64,000 bases of DNA from an uncultured Mycoplasmatota bacterium (GTDB taxonomy: Bacteria > Bacillota_I > Bacilli_A > RF39 > UBA660), in assembly GCA_900544625.1 (NCBI GenBank), contig UQVR01000002.1:10639-74638 (forward strand), given 5' to 3'. Position numbers and translations under genes: made by a program. Under the pieces are notes generated by a model that made no database searches, was not told the origin of the DNA, and saw only the letters and a list, made by a program, of their open reading frames with translations. Shown here piece after piece: positions 1 to 9,701 of the stretch; the stretch's first letter is position 1, and every line of letters starts with the position of its first letter.

Positions 1-614
1 AAAAGAGTTCTTCTATTTCCATTTTCTATATCATAATCATAATTCGTTGTAAATTCATATTTTTCTACCATTTGCTCATCATTATAGTAACCATACAGTA
101 AATTAAGCTCTCTATCTGTTAAAGTATCATTAGATTTAAATAATGTACCTCCTAAAACATTTAAATATTCATCAAGCTCAGCATTACCTACTACAACTTC
201 ATCTGATAATTCATCATTATATATTGTTTCATAAATTTTATACACTTTTTTGTTTTCTTTATTTCTATAATTAAATATATCATAATAAACATTACTATAA
301 TCATTTACAAATATTAAATCACTACCTAACACAGCATCTTCAGTATTACCATCAGTTGTATATATTAATTCATTATTATTATCATAAACTGCAAAATCAC
401 ACCCAGGGAATTTAGACATAGGAATTCCCGCATAATCTTCATACTCAAGTTTATCTTTATATTCTAAAAAATCATCTAGCACCAAAAAACTATTATTTAA
501 TCGCCAATTAATTAAAAAATATGTAACAATTGTAACTCCCAATATAATTAAAGTATAAATTGCAAATTGAATAATTACATATCTACTAAAACTATAATTC
601 TTCTTTGTTTTCAA
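1..614 (-). CDS. Sensor histidine kinase, N-terminal part (partial, runs off window start)
   Basis: My translation of the - strand found no stop from 614 down to 1. A TTG start overlaps the end of the upstream OmpR-type regulator by 23 nt. A TM helix (YVIIQFAIYTLIILGVTIVTYFLI) is followed by an extracytoplasmic-looking segment. The kinase core is outside the window, so the call rests on position. Confidence 0.45.
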   Translation of the reverse strand, partial: MKTKKNYSFSRYVIIQFAIYTLIILGVTIVTYFLINWRLNNSFLVLDDFLEYKDKLEYEDYAGIPMSKFPGCDFAVYDNNNELIYTTDGNTEDAVLGSDLIFVNDYSNVYYDIFNYRNKENKKVYKIYETIYNDELSDEVVVGNAELDEYLNVLGGTLFKSNDTLTDRELNLLYGYYNDEQMVEKYEFTTNYDYDIENGNRRTL

Positions 615-1293
615 TTTTATAACCTAACCCCCTAACTGTTTTAATGTAAACTGGTTTTGATGGATTGTCTTCTATCTTACTTCTTATATTTGATATATGA
701 ACCATCATTGTATTATCATCACATTCATAATAATCTCCATTTATTACCTCATATATTTGTGCTTTAGTAAATATTTTACCTGGATACTTCATTAACATAG
801 TTAATATTTTTAATTCAGTTGATGTTAAAGGAATAACTTTGTTATTCTTTTTAAGAATATACTTATTTAAATCTAAGGATAATTCCCCCACCTTTATTAC
901 ATCACTTTCTTTATTACTTTCCTCAAATTCATTATACCTTCTAAGTAATGCTTTTACATACGCAACCACTTCTAAAGGATTAAACGGTTTAGTAATGTAT
1001 GCATCAGCTCCAATATCTAAGCCTAATATTTTATCACTATCCATATTTTTAGCAGATATTATTATAATAGGAATATTACTATTTACTCGAACACTCTTAA
1101 TTAATTCATAACCATTCATCCTTGGCATCATAATATCAGCAATTATAATATTTATTTTCTCTTTTTCTAATAATTCCAATGCATCAATTCCATCATAAGC
1201 AACATATACTAAAAAATTACTAGATTCAAGATATAATTTAAGAAGTTCTAATATATCATTATCATCTTCAACAATAAGTACGCTTTTTTGCAT
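592..1293 (-). CDS. OmpR-family two-component response regulator
   Basis: Receiver domain (VLIVEDD, IIIADIMMP, KP motif) plus a winged-helix C-terminus (LTSTELKIL, TVRGLGYK). Confidence 0.9.
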   Translation of the reverse strand: MQKSVLIVEDDNDILELLKLYLESSNFLVYVAYDGIDALELLEKEKINIIIADIMMPRMNGYELIKSVRVNSNIPIIIISAKNMDSDKILGLDIGADAYITKPFNPLEVVAYVKALLRRYNEFEESNKESDVIKVGELSLDLNKYILKKNNKVIPLTSTELKILTMLMKYPGKIFTKAQIYEVINGDYYECDDNTMMVHISNIRSKIEDNPSKPVYIKTVRGLGYKIENKEEL

Positions 1294-1340
1294 AATATCA
1301 CCTCAAACTTAAGTCATATTATATCACAAAAACATGCAAT

Positions 1341-1375
1341 AAAAAAAGTTTTTACAACACATCGTAAAAACTTTT
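1341..1375 (-). terminator. Rho-independent terminator after the ABC exporter operon
   Basis: 12-bp stem aaaagtttttac/gtaaaaactttt with an 8-nt loop, followed by a T-run on the - strand. Confidence 0.7.
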
Positions 1376-1380
1376 ATCGA

Positions 1381-3639
1381 TTATAACTTAAATTGTGAAT
1401 TGTAAAGCTCTGCATAAAAACCATTTTGCTTCATTAATTCCTCATGATTACCTTGCTCAATAATATTACCTTCATTCATAACAAGTATTAAATCAGCATT
1501 TTTTATTGTGGATAATCTGTGAGCAATTATAAATGATGTTTTACCTTCAGTTAATTTATCCATTGCTTTTTGAACTAATTCTTCAGTTCTTGTATCAACA
1601 TTACTAGTAGCCTCATCTAGAATCAAGAATGGTGCATTTTGGATCATACCACGAGCAATTGTAAGAAGTTGTCTTTGACCCGCTGACACTGAATCATTAT
1701 CGTTAAGAATTGTATTATAACCATCTGGCAATGTTTTAATGAAATGATCAAGTCCAACAGTTTTGCAAACACTTTCTACCATTTCCATTGAAACATCTGA
1801 AGTATTATAAATAATGTTATCTTTAATTGAACCATTAAATACCCAAGTATCTTGAAGAACCATTGTAAATAAATCATGAATATTACTACGAGTTAAATCC
1901 TTCGTAGAAACACCATCAATTAATATTTCTCCTTTATTAATATCATAGAATTTCATAAGTAGATTAACCATTGTAGTTTTACCAGCACCAGTTGGCCCAA
2001 CAATTGCTACTTTTTCACCAGCCTTGGCTTTAGCACTAAAGTTCTTAATCGTGGGTTTATCATTACCATCATATTTAAACTCAACATTTTTAAATTCAAT
2101 ATTGCCTTTTACTTTTTCTTTATCCAAAGTAATCTTAATATTACTTTCATCAGCCATTTCCTTTTCATCTAAGAATTCAAATACTCTTTCACTAGCTGCA
2201 GCAGTTGATTGGAGACTAGTCATCGCTTGCGCAATTTGAGAAAGCGGTGAAACAAATAATCTAACATAAACAATAAATGCAACAATTACACCAAAACTAA
2301 TATGTCCATTTAAAGCAAGTAAAGCTCCGACAACACAAACCGCAACATAACCAAAGTTACCAATAAAACTCATCATTGGCATCATTAATCCTGATAAAAA
2401 TCCACTCTTCCAATTTGCTTTATATAATTTATCATTCAATTCATCAAATTTTTCATTTGATGTTTTTTCACCATTATATGTTTTAACAACATTTAGCCCT
2501 GAATAAACTTCTTCAATATGACCATTTAAAGCTCCAAGTTCATTTTGTTTAGCAACGAAATACTTTTGCGATTTAGATAAAACTAATGACATAAACACAA
2601 AGCCAAATAAACTTGCAAGTATAGCCGTAATAGCCATAACACTATTTGTTACAAACATCATAATAATAGTTCCCACAAATAGAGTAATAGCGCTAACTAA
2701 AGTTGATAATGATTGGTTCATTGATTGAGCAATTGTATCAACATCATTTGTAACTCTCGATAATATATCTCCAATTACATGTTTATCAAAATATTTCAAA
2801 GGCAATTTATTAATCTTACTTGATATATTACCCCTTAGTTTTCTAGCAAAATTATTTGATACATCAGTCATTAATATTGCTTCAAAGTATTCAAATATAG
2901 CGCTTATTAAATAAATACATATTAATAAAATGGCAATATTTTTAATTTTATCTATATTCATATATGGTTCTACAACCACCTTCACAGAACTAGGCATGTT
3001 ATCTACAAGACTATATATTTCTGTGGCACTTACATCTTCATTTATATTGCTTGCAATTTCTAAAAATTTACCTTGATCTGTTGCATCTATTACATGACCA
3101 TCAATTTCAATATCTCTAAATATTTTACTTGCAACACTTTCAGGTATTACTAAATTACTATTTAAACTTTTTATAAATATTTTAGCATCGACATCATTAT
3201 TAACTAAAATATCTAAAATACTATCTGGCATTTCACTTATTGCTTTAAATGATTTATTGTTAGTTTCATCATTTAACTTCGTCATTATTTCTTGGAATTT
3301 CATTAAATCATTCTTAGGAATATTTGAGCTTATCATTACTTTTCCAATATTTTTTTCACTAAAATCAATTACCTTACTTATACTTTCTTCATTTAAACTA
3401 CTAGTTACTTCTTTAGTTAACTTTTCAAAATTATCTTTATTTAAAACTAATCCCTTAGATATTTCATCAGTTAAATCAGATAATATATTCGGAGTAACGA
3501 TAGTAAGTATAGCCCCTAAAGCAGCTAAAACTAAAGATATAATAATTAATTTTTTAAAACCTGATAACTCTTGTAATAATCTTTTAATTGCCCCTTTAAA
3601 ATCTTTTGCTTTTGACACATCTCTATTTGGCCTTGGCAT
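1381..3639 (-). CDS. ABC exporter permease/ATPase, consensus-site subunit of a heterodimer, with a large extracellular insertion
   Basis: Walker A GPTGAGKTT, Walker B LILDEATS, H-loop IIAHRLST, signature VSAGQRQ. About 190 aa are inserted between TM1 and TM2. Overlaps the upstream partner gene by 17 nt. Confidence 0.9.
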   Translation of the reverse strand: MPRPNRDVSKAKDFKGAIKRLLQELSGFKKLIIISLVLAALGAILTIVTPNILSDLTDEISKGLVLNKDNFEKLTKEVTSSLNEESISKVIDFSEKNIGKVMISSNIPKNDLMKFQEIMTKLNDETNNKSFKAISEMPDSILDILVNNDVDAKIFIKSLNSNLVIPESVASKIFRDIEIDGHVIDATDQGKFLEIASNINEDVSATEIYSLVDNMPSSVKVVVEPYMNIDKIKNIAILLICIYLISAIFEYFEAILMTDVSNNFARKLRGNISSKINKLPLKYFDKHVIGDILSRVTNDVDTIAQSMNQSLSTLVSAITLFVGTIIMMFVTNSVMAITAILASLFGFVFMSLVLSKSQKYFVAKQNELGALNGHIEEVYSGLNVVKTYNGEKTSNEKFDELNDKLYKANWKSGFLSGLMMPMMSFIGNFGYVAVCVVGALLALNGHISFGVIVAFIVYVRLFVSPLSQIAQAMTSLQSTAAASERVFEFLDEKEMADESNIKITLDKEKVKGNIEFKNVEFKYDGNDKPTIKNFSAKAKAGEKVAIVGPTGAGKTTMVNLLMKFYDINKGEILIDGVSTKDLTRSNIHDLFTMVLQDTWVFNGSIKDNIIYNTSDVSMEMVESVCKTVGLDHFIKTLPDGYNTILNDNDSVSAGQRQLLTIARGMIQNAPFLILDEATSNVDTRTEELVQKAMDKLTEGKTSFIIAHRLSTIKNADLILVMNEGNIIEQGNHEELMKQNGFYAELYNSQFKL

Positions 3640-5386
3640 TATCTAATTCCTCCTTTGAAAGCTGTGATAAAGCAATTTGTTTATATACTTCACAACTTTT
3701 TAATAGTTCTTTATGTGTACCAACTCCAACCGACTCACCATTATCAAGAACAATTATTTTATCAGCATTCATTATTGTTCCAATTCTTTGAGCAACAATT
3801 AAGCTTGTAGCATCTTTTGTATACTTCTTTAATTCGCTTCTAAGTACTGCATCAGTTTTATAATCAAGAGCAGAAAATGAATCATCAAAAATATATATTT
3901 CAGGATTTTTAGCTATAGCACGTGCAATTGCAATTCTTTGTTTTTGACCACCAGAAACATTCGTACCACCTTGAGATATATGAGATTCATACCCCTCATC
4001 CATTTTAGAGATAAATTCATCAGCCTGTGCAACTCTTGCTGCTTCCACTATCTTTTTATCGCTAATTTCTTCCATTGCTTCACCGTATCTAATATTACTA
4101 TTTACGGTTTCATTAAATAAAACAGCCTTTTGAGGCACATAACCAATTAATTTATATAAATATTCTAATTTATAATCTTTAATATTAACTCCATCAATTA
4201 ATATTTCTCCATCTGTTACATCATAAAATCTAACTATTAAATTAACTAATGTCGATTTACCAGAACCAGTTGAACCAATAAAAGCAACAGTATCTCCTTT
4301 ATTTGCCTTAAACGATATATTTCTTAAAACATACTCTTCGGCATCAGGATACTTAAACGAAACATTTTTAAATTCAACTGTACCAACTTCATCTTTATTT
4401 GTTACATTACCATCTATTACACTAAGTCTTGTATCTAATACCTCATTTATTCTTGACGCAGACACCTGAGCTCTAGGTAATATCATAAATATCATTGCAA
4501 GCATTAAAAATGACATAATTATTTGCATTGCATATGAAGAAAATACAACCATATCACCGAATAAACCAATTTTATCAGCCATTAACGCATCTTTAATTAA
4601 ATAAGCACCGATAAAATAAATAACTAATGTTAACATATACATAACCAAATACATAACAGGCGCCATAATTGACATTGCTTTTTGGTTAAATAATTGTAAG
4701 TTTGTTAAACTATTATTCACATTTTGAAACTTTTCTTGTTGGTATTCTTCTGCATTAAAGGCTCTAACTACTCTAATGCCCATTAAATTTTCTCTAGTTA
4801 CCTCATTTAATTTATCGGTTAGTTTTTGAACTATCTTAAATTTAGGCATAACAATGATTGTCAAAATTCCAATAACTAATAACAAAATAACTACAGCAAC
4901 AGCAGTTACCATACTCCATTCCCAACTTTTATTTAAAATTTTGGTAATAGCCCACACAGCAGTAATCGGAGCCTTAATAAGAAGTTGAAGACCAAAACCA
5001 ATAAACATTTCCACTTGTGTAATATCATTCGTAGTTCTAGTTATTAAACTATTCGGTGAAAATTCTTTAACTTCACTCATAGACATATCTTCAACTTTTC
5101 TAAACAATTTAGATCTAAGGTTTCTAGAAAAACCTGATGCAAGCAAGGCAATTAAGTAACCAACAATAACAGCACCAACTAAAGAAACAAAAGCACACAT
5201 AAGCATATATCCCCCATTTTTAAGGATTTCACTCATTTTACTTCCTTCAGTTTGCACAAGTACAGTTACTTTAGACATATAATCTGGCATCTTTAATTCA
5301 AACCAAACCTGCATAACTATGAGAGCAATACTAACTATAATTATCAACCAATCTTTTTTCTTAAAATTTTTAATTAACTTAAACAT
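3623..5386 (-). CDS. ABC exporter permease/ATPase, degenerate-site subunit of a heterodimer
   Basis: Walker A GSTGSGKST and signature VSGGQKQR are intact. Walker B reads IYIFDDS (catalytic Glu replaced by Asp) and the H-loop reads IVAQRIGT (His replaced by Gln). Confidence 0.9.
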   Translation of the reverse strand: MFKLIKNFKKKDWLIIIVSIALIVMQVWFELKMPDYMSKVTVLVQTEGSKMSEILKNGGYMLMCAFVSLVGAVIVGYLIALLASGFSRNLRSKLFRKVEDMSMSEVKEFSPNSLITRTTNDITQVEMFIGFGLQLLIKAPITAVWAITKILNKSWEWSMVTAVAVVILLLVIGILTIIVMPKFKIVQKLTDKLNEVTRENLMGIRVVRAFNAEEYQQEKFQNVNNSLTNLQLFNQKAMSIMAPVMYLVMYMLTLVIYFIGAYLIKDALMADKIGLFGDMVVFSSYAMQIIMSFLMLAMIFMILPRAQVSASRINEVLDTRLSVIDGNVTNKDEVGTVEFKNVSFKYPDAEEYVLRNISFKANKGDTVAFIGSTGSGKSTLVNLIVRFYDVTDGEILIDGVNIKDYKLEYLYKLIGYVPQKAVLFNETVNSNIRYGEAMEEISDKKIVEAARVAQADEFISKMDEGYESHISQGGTNVSGGQKQRIAIARAIAKNPEIYIFDDSFSALDYKTDAVLRSELKKYTKDATSLIVAQRIGTIMNADKIIVLDNGESVGVGTHKELLKSCEVYKQIALSQLSKEELDNAKAK

Positions 5387-5498
5387 AATTATCCTTTCTT
5401 TTTTATTATATTTCTTTTTTAATTTTATAAAACCTAAACTCTATCACTTGCCATATAATACTAAACTATTTATAAAATTTTGTCAATACAACATATAC

Positions 5499-5526
5499 TT
5501 GACAAATGCAAAAAAATGGCTATAAT
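5499..5526 (+). promoter_or_regulatory. Sigma-A-type promoter for the + strand Cys-rich gene
   Basis: TTGACA (5499-5504), 16-nt spacer, TATAAT (5521-5526). RBS aaggggg lies ahead of the ATG at 5559. Confidence 0.55.
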
Positions 5527-5558
5527 AGATAGTACTTCAAAAAAAGGGGGAAATTATA

Positions 5559-6122
5559 ATGAAAGATTATTGTGGTAATTGTGCATATTTAGATTTAAAT
5601 CAAAAAGAATACTGGGGAGACAGATATTATTGTACTGAAAATTGCAAATATAAAGAAAAAAGTGATGCTGCATGCAATAGATATATAAAGAAACCAGATA
5701 ATGGCTATACACCGGCAGGATGTTTTATAACAACAATTATTTGTCAATCTCTAGGATACAGAGACAATTGTGAATACTTAGTAATTTTAAGAAATTTTAG
5801 GGAACTTTATTTAAAAAGTTTTCCAGCAGGTGTTAAATTACTTCAAGAATATGACCAAATTGGGCCAGTATTAAGCATGGAATTAGCTAATTGTCCAGCA
5901 ATTGATGCAATTATGCTTATGGACAGATTTATTATTCCATGTACAGATGCCATTAAACTAAAAAACTTTGATGATGCAATTGCTATTTATGAAAACATGG
6001 TAAATGAACTTAAATTCAGATTTAGATATGTTCTAGATACTTTCGAAGTTGATTACACAGCTAAAACACCAATCGAAGATTTAGGAAAAGCAAGAGCAAG
6101 ATTAAAACCAGCAAACGCATAA
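5559..6122 (+). CDS. Hypothetical Cys-rich protein: N-terminal zinc-ribbon-like CxxC module plus a GCFITT..C..DNCxEL..LRxFR domain
   Basis: CGNC...CTENC...C at the N-terminus. The central motif GCFITTIICQSLGYRDNCEYLVILRNFRELYL is shared with ORF 6838-7458. No family name recognised. Confidence 0.6.
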   Translation: MKDYCGNCAYLDLNQKEYWGDRYYCTENCKYKEKSDAACNRYIKKPDNGYTPAGCFITTIICQSLGYRDNCEYLVILRNFRELYLKSFPAGVKLLQEYDQIGPVLSMELANCPAIDAIMLMDRFIIPCTDAIKLKNFDDAIAIYENMVNELKFRFRYVLDTFEVDYTAKTPIEDLGKARARLKPANA

Positions 6123-6136
6123 GTTGCTGGTTTTTT
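6106..6136 (+). terminator. Rho-independent terminator
   Basis: Stem aaccagcaa/ttgctggtt spans the stop codon and is followed by tttttt. Confidence 0.7.
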
Positions 6137-6228
6137 AATATTAGAAAAGTCATGCTTTTTTTAAAATAAAAGACTTGATATATGATCAAACATAAGTTAT
6201 AAATAGACTATTTAAGGGGGATGGTTTA

Positions 6229-6461
6229 ATGAATACTTATAAAGCATATAAATTAAGAATTTATCCTATAGATTTTTAAATAAAACTAATAGAAAAGTCT
6301 TCTGGATGCACTAGATATATTTATAATAACTTTTTGGCAGAAAGAAAAAGTAATATGAAGAAAATAAAACAAAGATAAGTGTATATGAACAATTAAAAGA
6401 AATAACAAATATAAAAAGAGAAAAAGATAAAGATTTGTATTACCAAAGTATAATAAAGTAA
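6229..6461 (+). pseudogene. Relic of an IS200/IS605-family TnpB (OrfB) N-terminus
   Basis: RBS aaggggg then MNTYKAYKLRIYPIDF*IKLIEKSSGCTRYIYNNFLAERK. This matches the typical TnpB start (KAYKFRIYP..EQ..LI.KTFGC.R.VYN). There is an in-frame stop at codon 17, a second stop, a frameshift, and truncation after about 80 codons. No TnpA or element ends seen. Confidence 0.65.
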
Positions 6462-6524
6462 ATAAATAAATCTATTGAATAATCTATTATTTTAATATAT
6501 AATTTACCTAAGAAAGGAAGAAAA

Positions 6525-6836
6525 ATGGAACCAAAAGAATTAAATAGTATTTTATTATTTTTAGCAAACGTTATAAAAAACAATGATTTCGGTGATGACA
6601 ACACTAAAATAAAATATTTATATAATGAATTAAGAAAAATGCAAAATGTTTTACCATCTGAAGAAGAATTAGATAAACTTCAAAAAATTGAAATAGATTT
6701 AGAAGTAAAACATGATAGTTTAAATGAATTATCTTATTATTTTAATCCGTTATATGTAAAAGTAAAAAAAGAAATCCATGAAAAAAATGTAAAAAAAATT
6801 AGAGAAGAACAAAAAAGAAAGAGAGGAACAAATTAA
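6525..6836 (+). CDS. Hypothetical small charged, coiled-coil-like protein
   Basis: 103-aa ORF with RBS aggaag. Its stop lies 1 nt before the ATG of the next gene, suggesting translational coupling. No recognisable motif. Confidence 0.5.
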   Translation: MEPKELNSILLFLANVIKNNDFGDDNTKIKYLYNELRKMQNVLPSEEELDKLQKIEIDLEVKHDSLNELSYYFNPLYVKVKKEIHEKNVKKIREEQKRKRGTN

Positions 6837-6837
6837 T

Positions 6838-7458
6838 ATGTCAAATTTTGATTATGATAAAATAAAAGATATGGAATACGATGTAAGCAGAAAATGTTAT
6901 GTAGGAAAAAATGGCGAAGAATTTCATGTAACTCCATATTCTGATGGAAGTGGATATAAATATGATTACTATGATAGAAGTCCATATGGAAATGCTCCAC
7001 ATAACTCTACTCACGTTAAATCAGATTTAAATGAAAACTGGACTAGAACAGACAACGATAGAGAAAATGGCACCCAAGAAAAAAGTTCAGGCTCTGGTTG
7101 TTATTTAACTACAGCTTGCATGCAACACATGAAAGAAAAATTTGATGACAATTGTAATGAGCTAATGACATTAAGATGGTTTAGAGATAACTTTGTTAAT
7201 GAAGATGATATTAAGCATTATTATAGCATTGCACCAATCATAGTAAAAGAAATAAATTCAATTCCAAATAATAATAAAATTTATAATTGGATTTACGAAA
7301 ATATTGTTCAACCTTGCGTTATAGCAATTCAAGAAGGTAATTATGAATTTGCATATATGAGATATAAGAATACCGTTATACTGTTAGAAGAAAAATTTGC
7401 AAAACCAATGTTACAAAACCAATTAGTTAATACATTAAAAAGAATAAGACAAATATAA
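6838..7458 (+). CDS. Hypothetical protein carrying the same GC[FY][IL]TT..C..D[DN]CxEL..LRxFRD domain as ORF 5559-6122
   Basis: GCYLTTACMQHMKEKFDDNCNELMTLRWFRDNFV aligns with GCFITTIICQSLGYRDNCEYLVILRNFRELYL. The N-terminal half is unrelated and rich in Y/D/N. Confidence 0.6.
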   Translation: MSNFDYDKIKDMEYDVSRKCYVGKNGEEFHVTPYSDGSGYKYDYYDRSPYGNAPHNSTHVKSDLNENWTRTDNDRENGTQEKSSGSGCYLTTACMQHMKEKFDDNCNELMTLRWFRDNFVNEDDIKHYYSIAPIIVKEINSIPNNNKIYNWIYENIVQPCVIAIQEGNYEFAYMRYKNTVILLEEKFAKPMLQNQLVNTLKRIRQI

Positions 7459-7464
7459 ATTATA

Positions 7465-7503
7465 AAAAACCAAACCCAGCAAAACAATTGCTGGGTTTAT
7501 TAA
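7465..7503. terminator. Bidirectional terminator between convergent genes
   Basis: 11-bp stem aaacccagcaa/ttgctgggttt with a 5-nt loop, an A-run upstream and T-rich sequence downstream. Confidence 0.75.
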
Positions 7504-7509
7504 TATAAA

Positions 7510-7971
7510 CTATTTAGTAACATCTATCCAACTATCAAATTGAACTATATTTTCTAATTCACTAATTGTAAGTTTTATAGCACTATTTGAGCTTCCACAC
7601 GCCGGATATACAAATTCATGTTTTTTTAAAGATTCATCAAGATAAATGGTAACTCCATCATTAACACCAAAAGGACAAACTCCTCCAGCTTCATGACCAA
7701 CTAGCTCAACTAAATCCTCTCTGGGTATCATATGAGCCTTTTCATGGAAAAACTCTTTATATTTATGATTATCACACCTTTTATCACCAGCCATAACAAT
7801 TAAAATAGGCTTACCATCAACTATAAATGATAATGTTTTAGCTATATCTGCTTCACCACAACCAATTGCTTGCGCAGCCTCAGCAACAGTTGCACTTGAT
7901 TCATCAAATTCCACTATTTCTTCATCTTTTTCATATTTCTTTAAATATTCTCTTACTTTAATTAATGACAT
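7510..7971 (-). CDS. YbaK/EbsC-type aminoacyl-tRNA editing domain protein
   Basis: 153 aa. KTL.F..DGKP.LVV..GD.R.D motif and a GG.CPFG loop typical of the YbaK/ProX family. Confidence 0.7.
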   Translation of the reverse strand: MSLIKVREYLKKYEKDEEIVEFDESSATVAEAAQAIGCGEADIAKTLSFIVDGKPILIVMAGDKRCDNHKYKEFFHEKAHMIPREDLVELVGHEAGGVCPFGVNDGVTIYLDESLKKHEFVYPACGSSNSAIKLTISELENIVQFDSWIDVTK

Positions 7972-8563
7972 TTTTTACCTCCATTACTTCTGTACCACTT
8001 AATAAATCATGTAAACCTTTTCCATCTTTTCTAAATAAAATCATTCCATAACCCAAATAAGTGATAACATAACCAATTATACTAACAATCAAAGATAATG
8101 TAAAGAATAATTTTGTGTTAAAACATAATGCTAAACAAACATTTAAACCACTAAAAAACAAATTATAAACAATTAATGTTCTAATTAAATATTGCCATAC
8201 TTTTACATCATCTTTTTTATTTTTATTAACAACTTTTAAATTCATCAATTTCTTACCAACGGTTTGATTCTTATTCCATTTTTGAAATCCTACAAAATAT
8301 AACAAATAACAAACTAAACTAATACCTGTAGAATATACACTATATTTCAACGTATTTTGATATTGACTTACAAATTCAGCACTATAAAACATATCCATTA
8401 CATTTTCTTCATTTATATTCTTTAATGTTTCATTAAAACTTTCATAAGATTCCAAATAATTATCTAGATATGGATTTAGTATATCAATGTTAGCTAGTGC
8501 AGATGCTACAAATCCCACTATTAAAATATCAATAATATATGCCAATAATCTCTTCAATTTCAT
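7958..8563 (-). CDS. RDD-family membrane protein
   Basis: N-terminal KRLLAYIIDILIVGF signature and several TM helices. Confidence 0.6.
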   Translation of the reverse strand: MKLKRLLAYIIDILIVGFVASALANIDILNPYLDNYLESYESFNETLKNINEENVMDMFYSAEFVSQYQNTLKYSVYSTGISLVCYLLYFVGFQKWNKNQTVGKKLMNLKVVNKNKKDDVKVWQYLIRTLIVYNLFFSGLNVCLALCFNTKLFFTLSLIVSIIGYVITYLGYGMILFRKDGKGLHDLLSGTEVMEVKNVIN

Positions 8564-8588
8564 AGACCCTCCAACTTAAATAAGCAAA

Positions 8589-9701
8589 CTATGTTGTTTG
8601 CTTACTTGATGCTAAAGTAACATTAAGTTCTTTAGTTTTTCCATCTCTTATTACTGTAACTTTAATTGTATCTCCAACTTTATATTGATATAAATAATAT
8701 CTTAAATATGCAATATTTTTTACTTCTTTACCATCTATCTTAGTAATTATATCATTAGCTTCCATTTTACCTTTCGCAGCAGGACTGCCCTTTTCAACAC
8801 TATTTACAATTACTCCGCTTGCAACACCAGAAGATTGAATTAAAGCACCATATTGATAAGAATTATAATATTTATTTACATCATACATTGATACCCCTAT
8901 ATATGGATATTCAATAGATTCACCTTTAATTATTTGTTCTGCTTTTGATGTAGCATCTTCAATAGGAATTGCAAAACCCATTCCTTCAACACCACTACTT
9001 ACTAGTTTAAGTGATGTAATTCCAATAACTTCTCCATTACTATTACATAAAGGTCCACCACTATTACCAGAGTTAATCGCTGCATCAGTTTGTAAAACTT
9101 TCATTATATAATCATTATTTCTTGAATTATTTAAAGATACTTCCACTAATCTATCTTTACCAGATAAAATTCCTCTTGTTACTGTCCATGAATAAGCACT
9201 ATCTAAAGGAGCCCCAACAGCAAATGTAGTATCACCAACTCTAGAATTATCATTTTTACCTAAAGACGCTACAGTTAATTCATCTTTTGATTCCATTGAC
9301 AACACAGCAATATCAGAATATTGATCAGAACCAACAACTTTAGTTTCTACAACCTTACCATCAGTAAATGTTATAGTTACTTTATTACCGCCATCAATTA
9401 CATGATGATTTGTTAAAATATAATATTTATTACCATCCTTCTTATAAACAAAACCCGTACCAGACGCAATATAAGCATCATCTTTATATGTTGATACAAT
9501 AACTACTGCATTATAAACTTTTTCTACAGCATCTGCAATACCTGTATCAGTTACTGTTACATCTTTTTCTAACTTGGTTACTGATTCAGTAATGGTTGTT
9601 GGGAAAAAATATACAACAGCATACATTGCTAAACACCCTACAAAAAATACTATTAAATAATTTACTAAACTTCTTCTTTGTTTAATTTGTTCTTCATTCA
9701 T
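8589..9701 (-). CDS. htrA: HtrA/DegP-family serine protease with PDZ domain
   Basis: N-terminal TM helix, trypsin-like core (TNHHVI, GNSGGPL) and a C-terminal PDZ-like segment. Confidence 0.9.
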   Translation of the reverse strand: MNEEQIKQRRSLVNYLIVFFVGCLAMYAVVYFFPTTITESVTKLEKDVTVTDTGIADAVEKVYNAVVIVSTYKDDAYIASGTGFVYKKDGNKYYILTNHHVIDGGNKVTITFTDGKVVETKVVGSDQYSDIAVLSMESKDELTVASLGKNDNSRVGDTTFAVGAPLDSAYSWTVTRGILSGKDRLVEVSLNNSRNNDYIMKVLQTDAAINSGNSGGPLCNSNGEVIGITSLKLVSSGVEGMGFAIPIEDATSKAEQIIKGESIEYPYIGVSMYDVNKYYNSYQYGALIQSSGVASGVIVNSVEKGSPAAKGKMEANDIITKIDGKEVKNIAYLRYYLYQYKVGDTIKVTVIRDGKTKELNVTLASSKQTT

